A DNA stretch of 64,000 nt from an uncultured Candidatus Micrarchaeota archaeon (GCA_963714085.1 OY970229.1:1-64000), one strand, 5' to 3'. Numbered from the stretch's first letter, positions 23,301 through 27,140 are shown. Made by a program: numbers and translations. The notes: generated from the letters alone by a model not told the origin.

Positions 23301-24177
23301 CGCGAACGCGACTGGCACTTACAACAACTCCGCCACGGCCACAGGAGTCCCGCCCGACGGCGACAACGTGAGCAGCAGCGATTCCGCTCCGTTCACTATC
23401 TCGGCTTCTGTGTCGCCCCCGCCGCCCCAATCCGGAGGCGGAGGTGGCGGCGGAGGCGGCGGTGGGGGCGGTGGTGGAGGCGGAGGTGGCGGCGGCGCAA
23501 TCGCACCCACGACGAATATCACCCTCGAGCATCTGATCCCTACGGAAAAAACGTGCCAACTGGACGCAGACTGCAATGACAGCGAGGTCTGCCGTGGCGG
23601 AATCTGCAGGGAGATAAACGAGACGTGCGGATTCGCCGCCGACCATGAATGGCACTGGTACGAATGCGGCGCTGAAGCCGGCTGCCAGCCATGCCAGGAT
23701 AATTACACCTGCCAGGACCACGTGTGCACGGCAGTCCCGCAGCCGGAACTGACCTGCCCGCCGACCTCGCCAACCGGGGTCCAGGCGCCCTGCGCAGTCA
23801 CGCTGAACCAACAGCCGGTCGGCGGATGCGGCTATACCGTCATCGGCCCAGGGGGAAGCACCTCCTCGGGCAGCTGCGACAAGAACGGCAACTTCAAAAC
23901 GCCGCCGTTGAACAGCCCGGGCGAATGGACCGTCGAGATCACGCAGAACGGCCAGGTCGTTAGCTCGACGCAGATCGTGGTGACATCGCAGATCTCCTCT
24001 GCGGGCCAGCCGCCAAGCTCCGCAACGGCATCGGCGACGTCGAGCCTGGTGTCGCTGCTGTGCATGCCGGTATTGCTGCTGCTCATCGTGCTTCTGATCC
24101 TCCTGCTGCTGTTCCTGTTCTGGAAAAGGAGGAAGAAGAAAGAGGTTCATAAACATCATCCGAAGAAGCCGCGCTAG
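1..24177 (+). CDS. Giant (>8,050 aa) repetitive membrane-anchored surface glycoprotein, putative adhesin; 5' end lies outside the window
   Basis: The frame is open from base 1 to TAG at 24175-24177. Order of parts: 94-aa Ig-like repeats, a propeller-like Trp/Gly-rich region, three large super-repeats, a duplicated ~409-aa block, a beta-helix-like region, 19 DUF11-like repeats, poly-Gly, a Cys-rich region, a hydrophobic helix (VLLLLIVLLILLLLFLFW) and a basic tail (KRRKKK). N-x-S/T sequons are very dense. Confidence 0.93.
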   Translation, partial: NVYLNSTNETFTFNYTSASPTANCSLYIGGVLNQTVSAIANNTNTAFNVTGLTNGLNNWSISCTDQAGNTNSSATRNFTIDTIAPSISFISPGPGSYLNSTNETFTFNYTSASPTANCSLYIGGVLNQTVSAIANNTNTAFNVTGLTNGLNNWSISCTDQAGNTNSSATRNFTIDTIAPSISFISPAANVYLNSTNETFTFNYTSASPTANCSLYIGGVLNQTVSAIANNTNTAFNVTGLTNGLNNWSISCTDQAGNTNSSATRNFTIDTIAPSISFISPAPGSFLNSTNETFTFNYTSASPTANCSLYIGGVLNQTVSAIANNTNTAFNVTGLTNGLNNWSISCTDQAGNTNSSATRNFTIDTIAPSISFISPAPGSFLNSTNETFTFNYTSASPTANCSLYIGGVLNQTVSAIANNTNTAFNVTGLTNGLNNWSISCTDQAGNTNSSATRNFTIDTIAPSISFISPAANVYLNSTNETFTFNYTSASPTANCSLYIGGVLNQTVSAIANNTNTAFNVTGLTNGLNNWSISCTDQAGNTNSSATRNFTIDTIAPSISFISPAPGSFLNSTNETFTFNYTSASPTANCSLYIGGVLNQIVSAIANNTNTAFNVTGLTNGLNNWSISCTDQAGNTNSSATRNFTIDTIAPSISFISPGPGSYLNSTNETFTFNYTSASPTANCSLYIGGVLNQTVSAIANNTNTAFNVTGLTNGLNNWSISCTDQAGNTNSSATRNFTIDTIAPSISFISPGPGSYLNSTNETFTFNYTSASPTANCSLYINGVLNQTNSSVANNTNTAFNVSGLPQGSDNWSVSCTDQAGNTNSSGTSSFTIDTIPPVVSLNSPANLSIFNISNVNFNFKSVDSLSATTSCSIYVDGVLNQTNSSVINNTATILTISSMSDGNHTWYVACKDNANNTGTSATRNFTVDTTAPVVTLNSPANLTISNSSSVTFNFTATDNLNLATSCSIYLDGVLNQTNASTLNNTATVFTISSISDGNHTWYVACKDKANNTGASETRNFTVDTTTPVVTLNSPVEGFNTSNTSISFNFTATDNLALATNCSIYLDGAFNQTNSSVANNTATLFTVSGIPEGAHAWNVSCSDAAGNTGASETRNFTIILANVSTPQFSPSQVFKNTTLSANITYTQPNNLTANVTFEWFVDGVNVFNQTITGVANGSSAASNITGQYFNKSDTIYVSVFAFDGITTSPLQTSANVTVQNTPPVIIAPVLLPISPTDAENLTAASNYTDIDSDSGTFTFEWFVNGANVYNQTISGVANGTSAVSTLSPGNFSAGSYVNVTVQASDGQNLSQSYSSNTAYILSSVPSPTDAIIAYRSNSGVYGANSPKVRFWNATGNGNWGPEIELPSSGSPVRYAMAKWSPITTKIVVVSLSDDGNLDGYVCMANCTVEGNWQYTPDIGNVWSTPASQRRYDLAFESNTGNLVLVYGVNDPNSAHDLGYRVLPANSSNFSGISEQYIDDTGHSTDIQYTWVRMASKPSPSTELMMTGFDTTDANINSWIWNGSAWGNEIDLTNSTPSTNGGEALAVAYSSDGSVGMSIAGDDSNGNVNNRYWNGSAWSATSTFDIDGSNLHSVRWASMKADPASNALQAVFIDSGNELETAYWNGTGWSVTSGIDFGVDNSLARDADFAWNSSGSVGKLVWDTDGVVGSTLSQMDCSPQCTGAISTISTYAGSGEWLTQYSSPLSSGPRILSARIGSGSTLGSFEYNGTGFANYGDSAITANSTTSYESYSIAFNITDITPPSIAFVAPTYANNSTIYVNYTFINTTITDQLAASSVYLEWNGTNVSMNSSSKTNWYLNETNLAPGTYTYRVYAVDYAGNQNVSETRTITINTSNPTITFVPPTPANGTFSNVGQAYVNISSNKPLDTALLEWNGTNYTMSGSGANWFRNMTALADGTYSYKVYGNDSGDNTGVSETRTLTIGSTPPSWSSPFVNETPVYWNQTVTLNASWSDDIGLSGYIFSTNMSGVWVNYSFVPFGGLSNTSLKVLTITAPPGSIVGWYFWANDSTGNANQTDVQSFTVQNRTTALAFGVNQTNYPQAQPIGTGYDVYVPFQVAYTDSLTGQPVQGASCSVSNSETADVISLVYNSSSGNYTGQMITSNLHSQVFFNATCSESNYSTADNSTNASVTFYNYLWAWENLSYDSSNLTDIYWLRQPPPAGPTVNLTKELNVTAGDNLVREFYFYNTGANGSFARDLTFQGTHFLRLNVSINDTVCQPYLSYTIQDFNLNVIYQENESSTPSQSIPVDTPTLLVFNDSNSVTANQGDYLTLRYYLNCSGPADISTSMFLNNSVLQPNFEAPDAQPSVVSETLLSYNHPANYLIGPQQALNVTRYWSFEFNNTANATQDYSFQFISQILSPYPDSNLNGSIYVYNSTGGLWASDNVSVNASNVAIGMSDNSIIWTTEELPPQVNVIENLTRGVLNAIRDNEILVSTNPYQTVWNVSVYDVFIPQLTISNVTAFTNYSAYSVPDGYRFSVNFTNSSGTFDVTNQALLNASAHTLTFPAETLGPLAFSVTATINSSPNISFVSPTPDNSTSWSRNWTFINITADRNLSSAVLEWNGTNVSMNGSATGWSFNETGLADGVYTYKVYGTDGYNNTGVSETRTVTIDTTAPAITFVSPTPANGSVRNVSWAYVNITSSQNLSAALLEWNGTNYTMGGSGTSWSLNRTGLADGVYPYKVYGNDSVNNTGVSATRFVTIDTTAPSWSNPAVNQTPVYWNQTVTFNASWADNIALAGYFLAINQSGVWVNFTFTQFGGPSNTSTKVRTITAVPGTVVGWYFWANDTGGNSNQTAVQSFTVQARPTSLAFNLNQSVYQQGSIPNTGYDINVTFNARYVDNLTGQPVQGASCSVTDNETGDNVSLAYNPATGNYTGILNDYLLYGNVGFNVSCFAANYTSAANSTGASVWFFGYLRDTQNMSYGNGSLGNTTYWVTRQNATGPLDILNVSLNASAGSNLVAQFPLNGEGPNGSILTDYLLQGLEYLNMNVSLGSSLASSCQAYLCAQQTTFNFVPLLQVCTPEQSLAADTPTVVSNSVNTNVTLNQGDMLFFQLYVNCSSPVSGNASVYYNYTGEPAALTATSAEPTLLNSFIAARIQLENNYTIGPGQELNTSRTVYVTFNNTNPTPKFIPYVLVSQVLPPYPDSNIPNTIYVYNSTGGLWASDNVSAGAPNPAVSYSDNYVGWVTETFPGDSVLNETMVKAVLNSIRDNETLGLNTTDEQIWNISVFDIFNPTVTLHNVTAFTNYSAYGAGDGFHFHVSMTNSSGTFDISSLVVQNTTAKTLTFPTFDLVSGASYTVDATSGAAPIITFVSPTPANNSDRNASWAFINVTSDENLTTALLEWNGTNESMANSSATGWFDNKTGLSDGTYTYKVYGNDTYGNTGVSETRTVTIDTTAPSWSSSSVNETPVYWNQTVTFNASWADNIALAGYFFSTNQTGVWVNSTFTPFGGLSNTSAKVLTITAAPGTVVGWYFWANDSAGNSNQTDVESFTVQARPTTLAFSVNQSVYQQGNIPATGYDINIPFNARYLDNLTGQPIAGANCSVTDNETSDNVTLVYNSTSGNYTGAMNDYLLYDNVGFNVSCHAADYASASNTTNATIWFFGYLWDTQNMSYGNGSLGNTTDWILRQNTTGPLATLNVSLNASAGGNLVAQFPLFGEGPNGSVVTDYLVQGPEYLNLNASLDSSLASSCQAYLCVQQTDFNFNPLLQVCIPEQTLAADTATLLSDSVDVNVTLLQSNMLFLQLYVNCSSPVSGNATVYYNYTGEPAALSAQRTIPTLLNSFIAARTQLESNYTVGPDQDVNITRLITITFNNTQPHPFFTQYIFVSQILAPYPDSNIPDTIYIYNSTGGLWASDNVSAGAPNAAFSYPNNYVQWVTETFPGSAVLNETMQKGVLDGIRDNETLDMNTSTEQTWDISVYDIFNPTVTFYNVAAFTNYSAYGAQDDSHFYVNVTNSSGTFDISSFIVQNTTDKTLTFPVFSLGSDGVSFTVHATSGAAPLVTFVPPTPANDTTIGQDWAYINVTSDRNLTFALLEWNGTNVSMNGSGMDWSFNETGLLNGTYSYKAYGNDTFGNLGVSETRVLMVDLTAPQISFTSPTPVNGTVLPNNWAFINVTSDKNLSAALLEWNGTNMSMSGSGTNWFYNQTGLGTGTFRFKVYGNDSVGNRNVTETRTVVYQVPPSVIVLSPLGESHYQTAQVSLSINATDVLGIDTAIAQVTYPNGSVVNATLHPAQQSDGFSANTLGTDWFKENVSIGPSQACIADIDATYPGRAFTSLSGNGGPETDTLCSLIAKKTMDGDFDINISFNITGASGSDNALNFEAIERNSSATADELVFISLSNWSGLGRNYEVYMAGENFSGYIYRQPTNDTYGKMRITRSGSLFSFYIWNNTANAWYLANSSYMAICRPLYPAFESESTLPGWGTMNVTWDDFGASGDNATFTNFGDTLQLGLYNVTFLVNDTAGAVNDSETTNFTVFFEDQPPSKPLIVSPPIGAVLRGMQTIAWSPIYDYENDSMNFNITLLNPDGSDNATIVSDYGDINTTGYPWNTSLFPDGRFSIRVTVFENETPEHLENSFTMPGTFYIDNQPPSVVVIYPQGDYEPQRSMVSISTNLTDLFGISSAIAQVTEPNGSMVNVTLGKGQQSDNFTFDSVGTNWTKEDILLGPSETCIADIDTSVAGAAYTSLTGDGTPQSDAHCMLTSARPIDGDFDIQVSFDAGSMAGTDHAANLVLTEAPPTSQTSEVIYIARSNWSGFGSNYEIFANDGNFSDYIEHRPTDDTSGRMRIRRVGDDFTFFIWNDSASDWTQENVSQSVFNFSRAVYVSFESESTFPGWGDMNVTWDNFTVADGNTTFGMFNSTSVLGLYNVSFFVNDTLGVRNDSMATNFTVIHHDTPPSAPYILTPYPGAVVSGIYNITWSTVSDIDNDSLQFNITLLNPDMSFNRTIVSDYGNISSNYYVWNTSSYTNGPYSLEVTAFENETPEGLSTSYILLGNFTIDNGVPSIAFVPPTDASGSVVDRQNILINVSAVDPNLNQIIIDVFNSSMGLVNESFFPSSPAFLNLTGLADGLYYFNATATNTVSNQNQTETRNVTVNATVCLGADTAFTCGQVVNESCHFVKNLTSNGTCFEAASDNVAIDCSGRSLAGNGSGYGVLFQGANNLTLKNCYITAFSEAVLLNGTNRSLLQNDTALGNGQSGFQLSGSSGNNLSSDLAANNSQDGFLLTSDSDNNSLLNDTAYGNSVYGLAIVSSGGTNATGAHLYGDSVGEFYVSTDATPRAVYLGNLTIDNPNGGYRNYTTLTASDVVEANAAYQMKWATNTSALPNLYRSFAQKYVDISALSGMAPIDSMTWSYNDSELPGYNESKFELWGYNGTAWAKLGALRNTTANTLAVSGLSPSTIYGILENDQNASFSLLKLNQTALQPSPGGLVQFNMTLTNAGNVTLNPTQVIDELPAGLAFMAASPAPDSVAGETVSWNNVSSLSPGATMVIYLNATVDAGTVNASVTSRKLTNMVNATGVPPYGDNITTQSSVNVTVYYANVSALKLDQTDLQPSPGGLVQFSMTLTNTGNVTLSPVNLVDTLPAGLTFLSASPANASAGPGWNTSLGPGASVVFYMNATVDLGVVNSTNTALTLTNCVNATGAPPDGSNVSSISCANVTVYYANVSVIKLEQTALQPSPGGIVQFNMTLTNTGNVTLEPTQVIDTLPAGLTFLAASPAPDSVAGQVATWDDISSLDPGSAAVIYLNATVDAGTVDASTPIVTLVNTVDATGVPPNGDNVTAESLANVTVYYANVSVLKLSQTALQPSPGGIVQFNMTVTNTGNVTLSPINLADTLPAGLTFLSASPANTSSGPGWNLTLAPGISSVFYLNATVNPGVVNSTNTIATLANCINATGVPPDGSSVSSISCANVTVYYANVSVIKLEQTALQLSPGGIVQFNMTLTNTGNVTLEPTQVIDTLPAGLTFLAASPAPDSVAGQVATWDDISSLDPGSAAVIYLNATVDAGTVDASTPIVTLVNTVDATGVPPNGDNVTAESLANVTVYYANVSVLKLSQTALQPSPGGIVQFNMTVTNTGNVTLSPINLADTLPAGLTFLSASPANTSSGPGWNLTLAPGISSVFYLNATVNPGVVNSTNTIATLANCINATGVPPDGSSVSSISCANVTVYYANVSVIKLEQTALQLSPGGIVQFNMTLTNTGNVTLSPINLVDAMPAGLTFLSTSPANTSAGPGWNTSLAPGTSAIFYMNATVNPGIVNATTTSVTLTNCIDATGVPPDGSNVSSISCANVTVYYANVSVIKLEQTALQPSPGGTVQFNMTVTNTGNVTLSPINLADTLPAGLTFLSASPANTSSGPGWNLTLAPGISSVFYLNATVNPGVVNSTNTIATLANCINATGVPPDGSSVSSISCANVTVYYANVSVIKLEQTALQLSPGGIVQFNMTLTNTGNVTLSPINLVDAMPAGLTFLSTSPANTSAGPGWNTSLAPGTSAIFYMNATVNPGIVNATTTSVTLTNCIDATGVPSDGSNVSSISCANVTVYYANVSVIKLEQTALQPSPGGTVQFNMTVTNTGNVTLSPINLADTLPAGLTFLSASPANTSSGPGWNLTLAPGISSVFYLNATVNPGVVNSTNTIATLANCINATGVPPDGSSVSSISCANVTVYYANVSVIKLEQTALQLSPGGIVQFNMTLTNTGNVTLSPINLVDAMPAGLTFLSTSPANTSAGPGWNTSLAPGTSAIFYMNATVNPGIVNATTTSVTLTNCIDATGVPPDGSNVSSISCANVTVYYANVSVIKLEQTALQPSPGGIVQFNMTVTNTGNVTLSPINLADTLPAGLTFLSASPANTSSGPGWNLTLAPGISSVFYLNATVNPGVVDATNTAVTLTNCIDATGVPPDGSNVSSTSCANVTVYYANVSVIDLNQTALQPSPGGIVQFNITLTNTGNVTLSPISLMDALPAGLSFLSASPANTSSGPGWNTSLAPGVSAIFYLNATVNPGVVDATNTAVTLTNCINATGVPPDGSNVSSMSCAGVTVYYANVSAIALNQTAVQPSPGGIVQFNMTVTNTGNVSLNPVNLVDIVPAGLTFLSASPANTSAGPGWNTSLAPGVSAIFYLNATVNPGVVSATNPTATLTNCVNATGVPPDGSSVSSISCANVTVYYANVSILKLEQTAVQLSPGGLVQFNMTVTNTGAVPLNVTLADALPAGLTFLSASPANTSAGPGWDLALAPGVSSVFYLDATVDSGIVSATNTAVTLTNSINATGVPPNGANVTAQSSANVTVYYANVSVIKLSQTALQPSPGGTVQFNMTVTNTGNVTLSPINLVDTLPAGLTFLLASPANASPGPGWSTTLSPGASSVFYLNATVGQGVVNATDTAVTLTNCINATGAPPDGSNVSSISCANVTVYYANVSILKLDQTVLQPSPGGVVQFNMTLTNTGNVTLDPTQVVDSLPSGLTFLAASPAPDSVAGQMVSWNNVGSLAPGSTAVIYLNATVDAGTVNISSPTVVLTNLVNATGVPPNGNSISAQSSANVTVYFAGVSILKVDISPVPASPGGMVQWQINVSNSGTVALDPVSVTDVLPAGFMFNGSAPAPDSTDNITMDWFDVGPLAPGNSTLIWLNSSVDSNISNGTYTNTVSVTGVPPNGQNVTGSDNASVGIFAPAINLVKTANPSSATVPSGNTAYVLNVTYTLNVSNTGSVNLTVSVTDTLPAGVTFSGADVPPTNVSGLVLSWTDVAVLAPGDSFSIDYNVSANATGTYNNSATATGVPPDGDNVSSSDSAPFTISASVSPPPPQSGGGGGGGGGGGGGGGGGGGGGAIAPTTNITLEHLIPTEKTCQLDADCNDSEVCRGGICREINETCGFAADHEWHWYECGAEAGCQPCQDNYTCQDHVCTAVPQPELTCPPTSPTGVQAPCAVTLNQQPVGGCGYTVIGPGGSTSSGSCDKNGNFKTPPLNSPGEWTVEITQNGQVVSSTQIVVTSQISSAGQPPSSATASATSSLVSLLCMPVLLLLIVLLILLLLFLFWKRRKKKEVHKHHPKKPR
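5830..12050 (+). repeat. Three diverged ~2.1-2.3 kb coding super-repeats
   Basis: PSWS..VN.TPVYWNQTVT.NASW starts at ~5836, ~8173 and ~10249. Each copy also carries YNSTGGLWASDNVS and AFTNYSAY. Confidence 0.88.
12600..15050 (+). repeat. Duplicated ~409-aa coding block
   Basis: cagcagagcgac (QQSD) occurs at 12754 and 13981 (offset 1227). Both copies have CIADID, DGDFDI, FESEST.PGWG.MNVTWD and FNITLLNPD. Confidence 0.85.
16273..23400 (+). repeat. 19 DUF11-like Ig repeats (~124-129 aa) with 759-bp and 744-bp higher-order duplications
   Basis: Unit consensus is K.{7}PSPGG.VQFNMT.TNTGNV.L....D.LPAGLTF...N.V.ATG.PP.G. Identical antisense ORFs sit at 17031/17790 and 17418/18177 (759-bp offset) and near-identical ones at 18177/18921/19665/20409 (744-bp offset). 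Confidence 0.9.
23434..23496 (+). repeat. Poly-glycine linker (~21 GGN codons) preceded by PPPP
   Basis: A run of mixed gga/ggc/ggt/ggg codons lies between the last DUF11-like unit and the Cys-rich region. Confidence 0.9.
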
Positions 24178-24233
24178 AATCACTAAGCTGTGCCAGCGGT
24201 ATAGTTATTAAGTCAAACAGGCAAAATCGAATT

Positions 24234-24647
24234 ATGAAGTATGCAACTCCTATAGCCGCTTTGCTTGTACTTCTTCTTGCGAGCGGCTGCGTCAGCGTTC
24301 CCTCGGACCGTGCGGTCGGCTGCTGGGAGACCAAACCGAACTCGAACGGGGAGAGCCTTGCCATGCATTTCGCTGCAGATGGTACATATTATTACCCGGT
24401 GCAAATCGGAAAACCCGACAGCAGCGGTGGAAGGATGATCCTTATCAACCGCAATGCGAAGGGGAGTTGGGAAAGAATAAACGAAACCGCGGTCAAGGTA
24501 TATTATCAGGAAAACGACCCCGTGAGCGGGGAAGATATCGTGGCGGTGGACACTGTAGTGTTCGAAAATTCAGGGGATTCGGCATATTTCGTGAGCACAG
24601 GCCAGAGCGCTGGACTGTTCTATAAGTCGAATCAATCATGCGATTAG
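24234..24647 (+). CDS. Hypothetical lipoprotein
   Basis: Hydrophobic N-terminus with a lipobox-like LLLASGC; TATA-like gttattaag about 25 nt upstream. Confidence 0.7.
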   Translation: MKYATPIAALLVLLLASGCVSVPSDRAVGCWETKPNSNGESLAMHFAADGTYYYPVQIGKPDSSGGRMILINRNAKGSWERINETAVKVYYQENDPVSGEDIVAVDTVVFENSGDSAYFVSTGQSAGLFYKSNQSCD

Positions 24648-24656
24648 CATTGCTTG

Positions 24657-25718
24657 CTAGAGTTCCCCGGCCAGAGTCTTCTGCCCCGAGACGTCCACGA
24701 GGTTAGCGTACCTTATCCCGATACGGCGCACCGCGAGCGGGTTCTCGGCGAGGAACCCCCGTATCAATCTCATCTCGTCCTCTTTGAAATCCTCGGTCCA
24801 TCCCTTCGGGCTCTTGAAGGAGAGCGAGCGCGAGTGGTTCCTCATGTCCTCGGTCACGAAAGTGATTGCGAGCGTCCTGAAGAACTTCTTGCGCTCTTTG
24901 AGCCATGCCCTGTTGTCGCTCTCCATCTCTTGGATTTTCTCGAGCATCTCCGAGGCGTCGCGCGTCTTCCCCTTCAGCGTGCCGATCCTGCTCACCTCGG
25001 TCTGCTCGCCCTCGCTGTACTCGAGCAGCTCGCCATACCTGCCCTCGGCCAGGGAGATCAGCCAGGAGCCGGACTTCTTGCCGAACCTCTCCACGAGGAC
25101 CATTTTATCGAGCTTCCTGAGGTCCTTTACAATGTCCACCCCCAGACCGTGGAGCGCCTCCGCGGTCTTCGCGCCTATGCCGACGACCTTCTCGATGCCC
25201 GAATCCTCGATCATCTTACGCTCCGCCGACGCATCCAGGTAAAGGAAGCCGTCCGGCTTGCGCACGCCTGCGGCCATCTTCGCGCCCAGCATGGACGGGG
25301 CGACGCCCGCGGAGCAGGTGATGCCCGTCCTCTCCTTGATGGCCTGTTTTATCCTCCTTGCCAGGGACTCCGCGTCCTTGTCCGCCCTGATGAACCACTC
25401 GTCTATCGAGGTGCGGCCGGACATCTCGGCGTACTCCTTCACTACCGCGTCTATCCTGTCGGAGAGCTCCCCGTAATACTCGTGGTCCACGGGGAGGAAG
25501 ACCGAGTCGGCCTGAGGCGCCCGCTTCTTGGCCTGGAAAATCGGCATTCCCGAGTGCACGCCATATTTCCTGCCCTCGTAGTTCACTGTGCTCACCACGC
25601 CTGAATCCGGCGTCCTGCCCGAGTACACGCACACGACGATTATCTTGTTCTTGTACTCCGGATGCCGCAGCTCCTCTGCCTGGGCGAAGAAATAGTCCAT
25701 GTCTATGTGGATCATCAT
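24657..25718 (-). CDS. dinB: Y-family DNA polymerase IV (archaeal Dpo4/Dbh type)
   Basis: Motifs HIDMDYFFAQ, VVCVYSGR..DSGVVSTVNYEGRKYGVHSGMP, SIDE, KPDG, VVGIG and RRIGIR, plus a PIP-like QKTL near the C-terminus. I moved the start to ATG 25718 because the track's longer N-terminus overlaps a divergent gene. Confidence 0.93.
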   Translation of the reverse strand: MMIHIDMDYFFAQAEELRHPEYKNKIIVVCVYSGRTPDSGVVSTVNYEGRKYGVHSGMPIFQAKKRAPQADSVFLPVDHEYYGELSDRIDAVVKEYAEMSGRTSIDEWFIRADKDAESLARRIKQAIKERTGITCSAGVAPSMLGAKMAAGVRKPDGFLYLDASAERKMIEDSGIEKVVGIGAKTAEALHGLGVDIVKDLRKLDKMVLVERFGKKSGSWLISLAEGRYGELLEYSEGEQTEVSRIGTLKGKTRDASEMLEKIQEMESDNRAWLKERKKFFRTLAITFVTEDMRNHSRSLSFKSPKGWTEDFKEDEMRLIRGFLAENPLAVRRIGIRYANLVDVSGQKTLAGEL

Positions 25719-25779
25719 CGGAAATACTACCCATAGAAAAGTAAATATACCTTGTGCAAGTAATAGGAACGTGGTCGAC

Positions 25780-26082
25780 ATGACCAACGACGTCATCGAA
25801 GTCTGCTCGAGATGTGGCAAGATGCCTAGGGGAATAGACCTGAGCGAGGCCGGATTGTTCAGGTGCACCCGCTGCGGCAACAACGCGCTCACCACGGTAA
25901 CGAATTCCGATTACGAGAAGATAGTGACCGAGCTCGACCAGAAATACCATGCCGAGGTAGTGAGGATGCGGATCGCCAACGTGAGGCTGACCCAGCCCAT
26001 AAAGACGCGGGCGGCCAGAGCCAAGGCCAAGAAGAGGCCAGCCGCTAAAAAAGCCAGGAAACCCGCGAAGAGGAAGAGATAG
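25780..26082 (+). CDS. Small Zn-ribbon protein with Lys/Arg/Ala-rich tail
   Basis: IEVCSRCGK...FRCTRCG, then a histone-H1-like tail (KAKKRPAAKKARKPAKRKR). Confidence 0.75.
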   Translation: MTNDVIEVCSRCGKMPRGIDLSEAGLFRCTRCGNNALTTVTNSDYEKIVTELDQKYHAEVVRMRIANVRLTQPIKTRAARAKAKKRPAAKKARKPAKRKR

Positions 26083-26111
26083 CCTCCCAAAATCCCAAAG
26101 AGAGTTTTCTA

Positions 26112-26270
26112 ATGGCAGTGGAAAAGATAGAGGTCTGCGCCAATTGCGGCAAGATAAACAAGGTCGAGAGCAAGGACTTCAGATGCCCGGATTGCGGCTG
26201 CGACGTCTGCGTGGTCATATCGAAAGAGATCTTCCTCCAGATGGTGAAGGCAGGGCTTGCCAAGGAATAA
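26112..26270 (+). CDS. 52-aa Zn-ribbon protein (absent from ORF track), paralogue of the upstream gene
   Basis: Manual translation: MAVEKIEVCANCGKINKVESKDFRCPDCGCDVCVVISKEIFLQMVKAGLAKE*. It has two CxxC pairs and host-like codon usage. Confidence 0.75.
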   Translation: MAVEKIEVCANCGKINKVESKDFRCPDCGCDVCVVISKEIFLQMVKAGLAKE

Positions 26271-26328
26271 TGTGTGAAAAAATATGCTAAAAGCGAATCC
26301 TTAAATATGTTGAATTGGTAATGAACTA

Positions 26329-27114
26329 ATGAACCGAACAGCAAAACCTATACATCCCACTAAACTCGAAGTCTACCCCGGACAATACCCCAACAAGTGG
26401 CTCAGGAACCCGGCTCCTGCGGAGCTCATGCCTGATGATTTCAAACGTGTTTTCCCGGGCATCGAGAGCATCACAACGAAAGCCGCTTCTCTCCCTAAGC
26501 ACATCCGCGGGGATACCAATCCCGGCAATCTGGACACGCTCCTGCAGGTCGCGAAATGGCTGGGCCCGGCCACGGTCCTCGAATTAGGAACCTTCCGAGG
26601 AAGAACGACACTGGGCTTTCTCGAAAATACCAATGCCGATATAGTGACTGTCGATCTGCCCTTGGGGATACAAACGAAAGTCCCGCCTTTCGGCCCTGAT
26701 CTGGAATACATCCGGACTTGTGAAAGGCCCGTCCTTTTCAACGTCAACAACTCTCGTATCCGCCAGGTATTTGTGGATTGCACGGACAGCGACGCGCTCT
26801 CAGCGAGCATGAGAGAAACTTTTGGTGCAACCACCATCGATTTCGCGTATATCGACGCTGCCCATACCTCCGAGGGGGTCATCGTTCCGTTCACCACCCT
26901 GCTTCCGATGATGACCTCCGGCGGGATCATCGCATTCGATGATTATATGAAGTCGACCTACGCAGACCTGACCGCGGCGATCTGCCGTCTTTCGCGTGAG
27001 GGCTACGTGTTCTATTCCATCGCATTCCTCAATCCGAATGGCCATGGCACGACATCGACGGTGTTCTTCATCAATGATCCGTTGTGCAAAAACAGGGACT
27101 GGAAGAACGAATGA
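26329..27114 (+). CDS. Class I SAM-dependent methyltransferase (Methyltransf_24-like)
   Basis: Motifs VLELGTFRGRT, IVTVD, IDFAYIDAAHT and GGIIAFDDY. Confidence 0.82.
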   Translation: MNRTAKPIHPTKLEVYPGQYPNKWLRNPAPAELMPDDFKRVFPGIESITTKAASLPKHIRGDTNPGNLDTLLQVAKWLGPATVLELGTFRGRTTLGFLENTNADIVTVDLPLGIQTKVPPFGPDLEYIRTCERPVLFNVNNSRIRQVFVDCTDSDALSASMRETFGATTIDFAYIDAAHTSEGVIVPFTTLLPMMTSGGIIAFDDYMKSTYADLTAAICRLSREGYVFYSIAFLNPNGHGTTSTVFFINDPLCKNRDWKNE

Positions 27115-27140
27115 CCTGGTTTTTCTTATTTCGTTTATTA

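Noticed and set aside
24654..25604. 316-aa plus-strand ORF
   Set aside because: It is the antisense shadow of the well-supported dinB.
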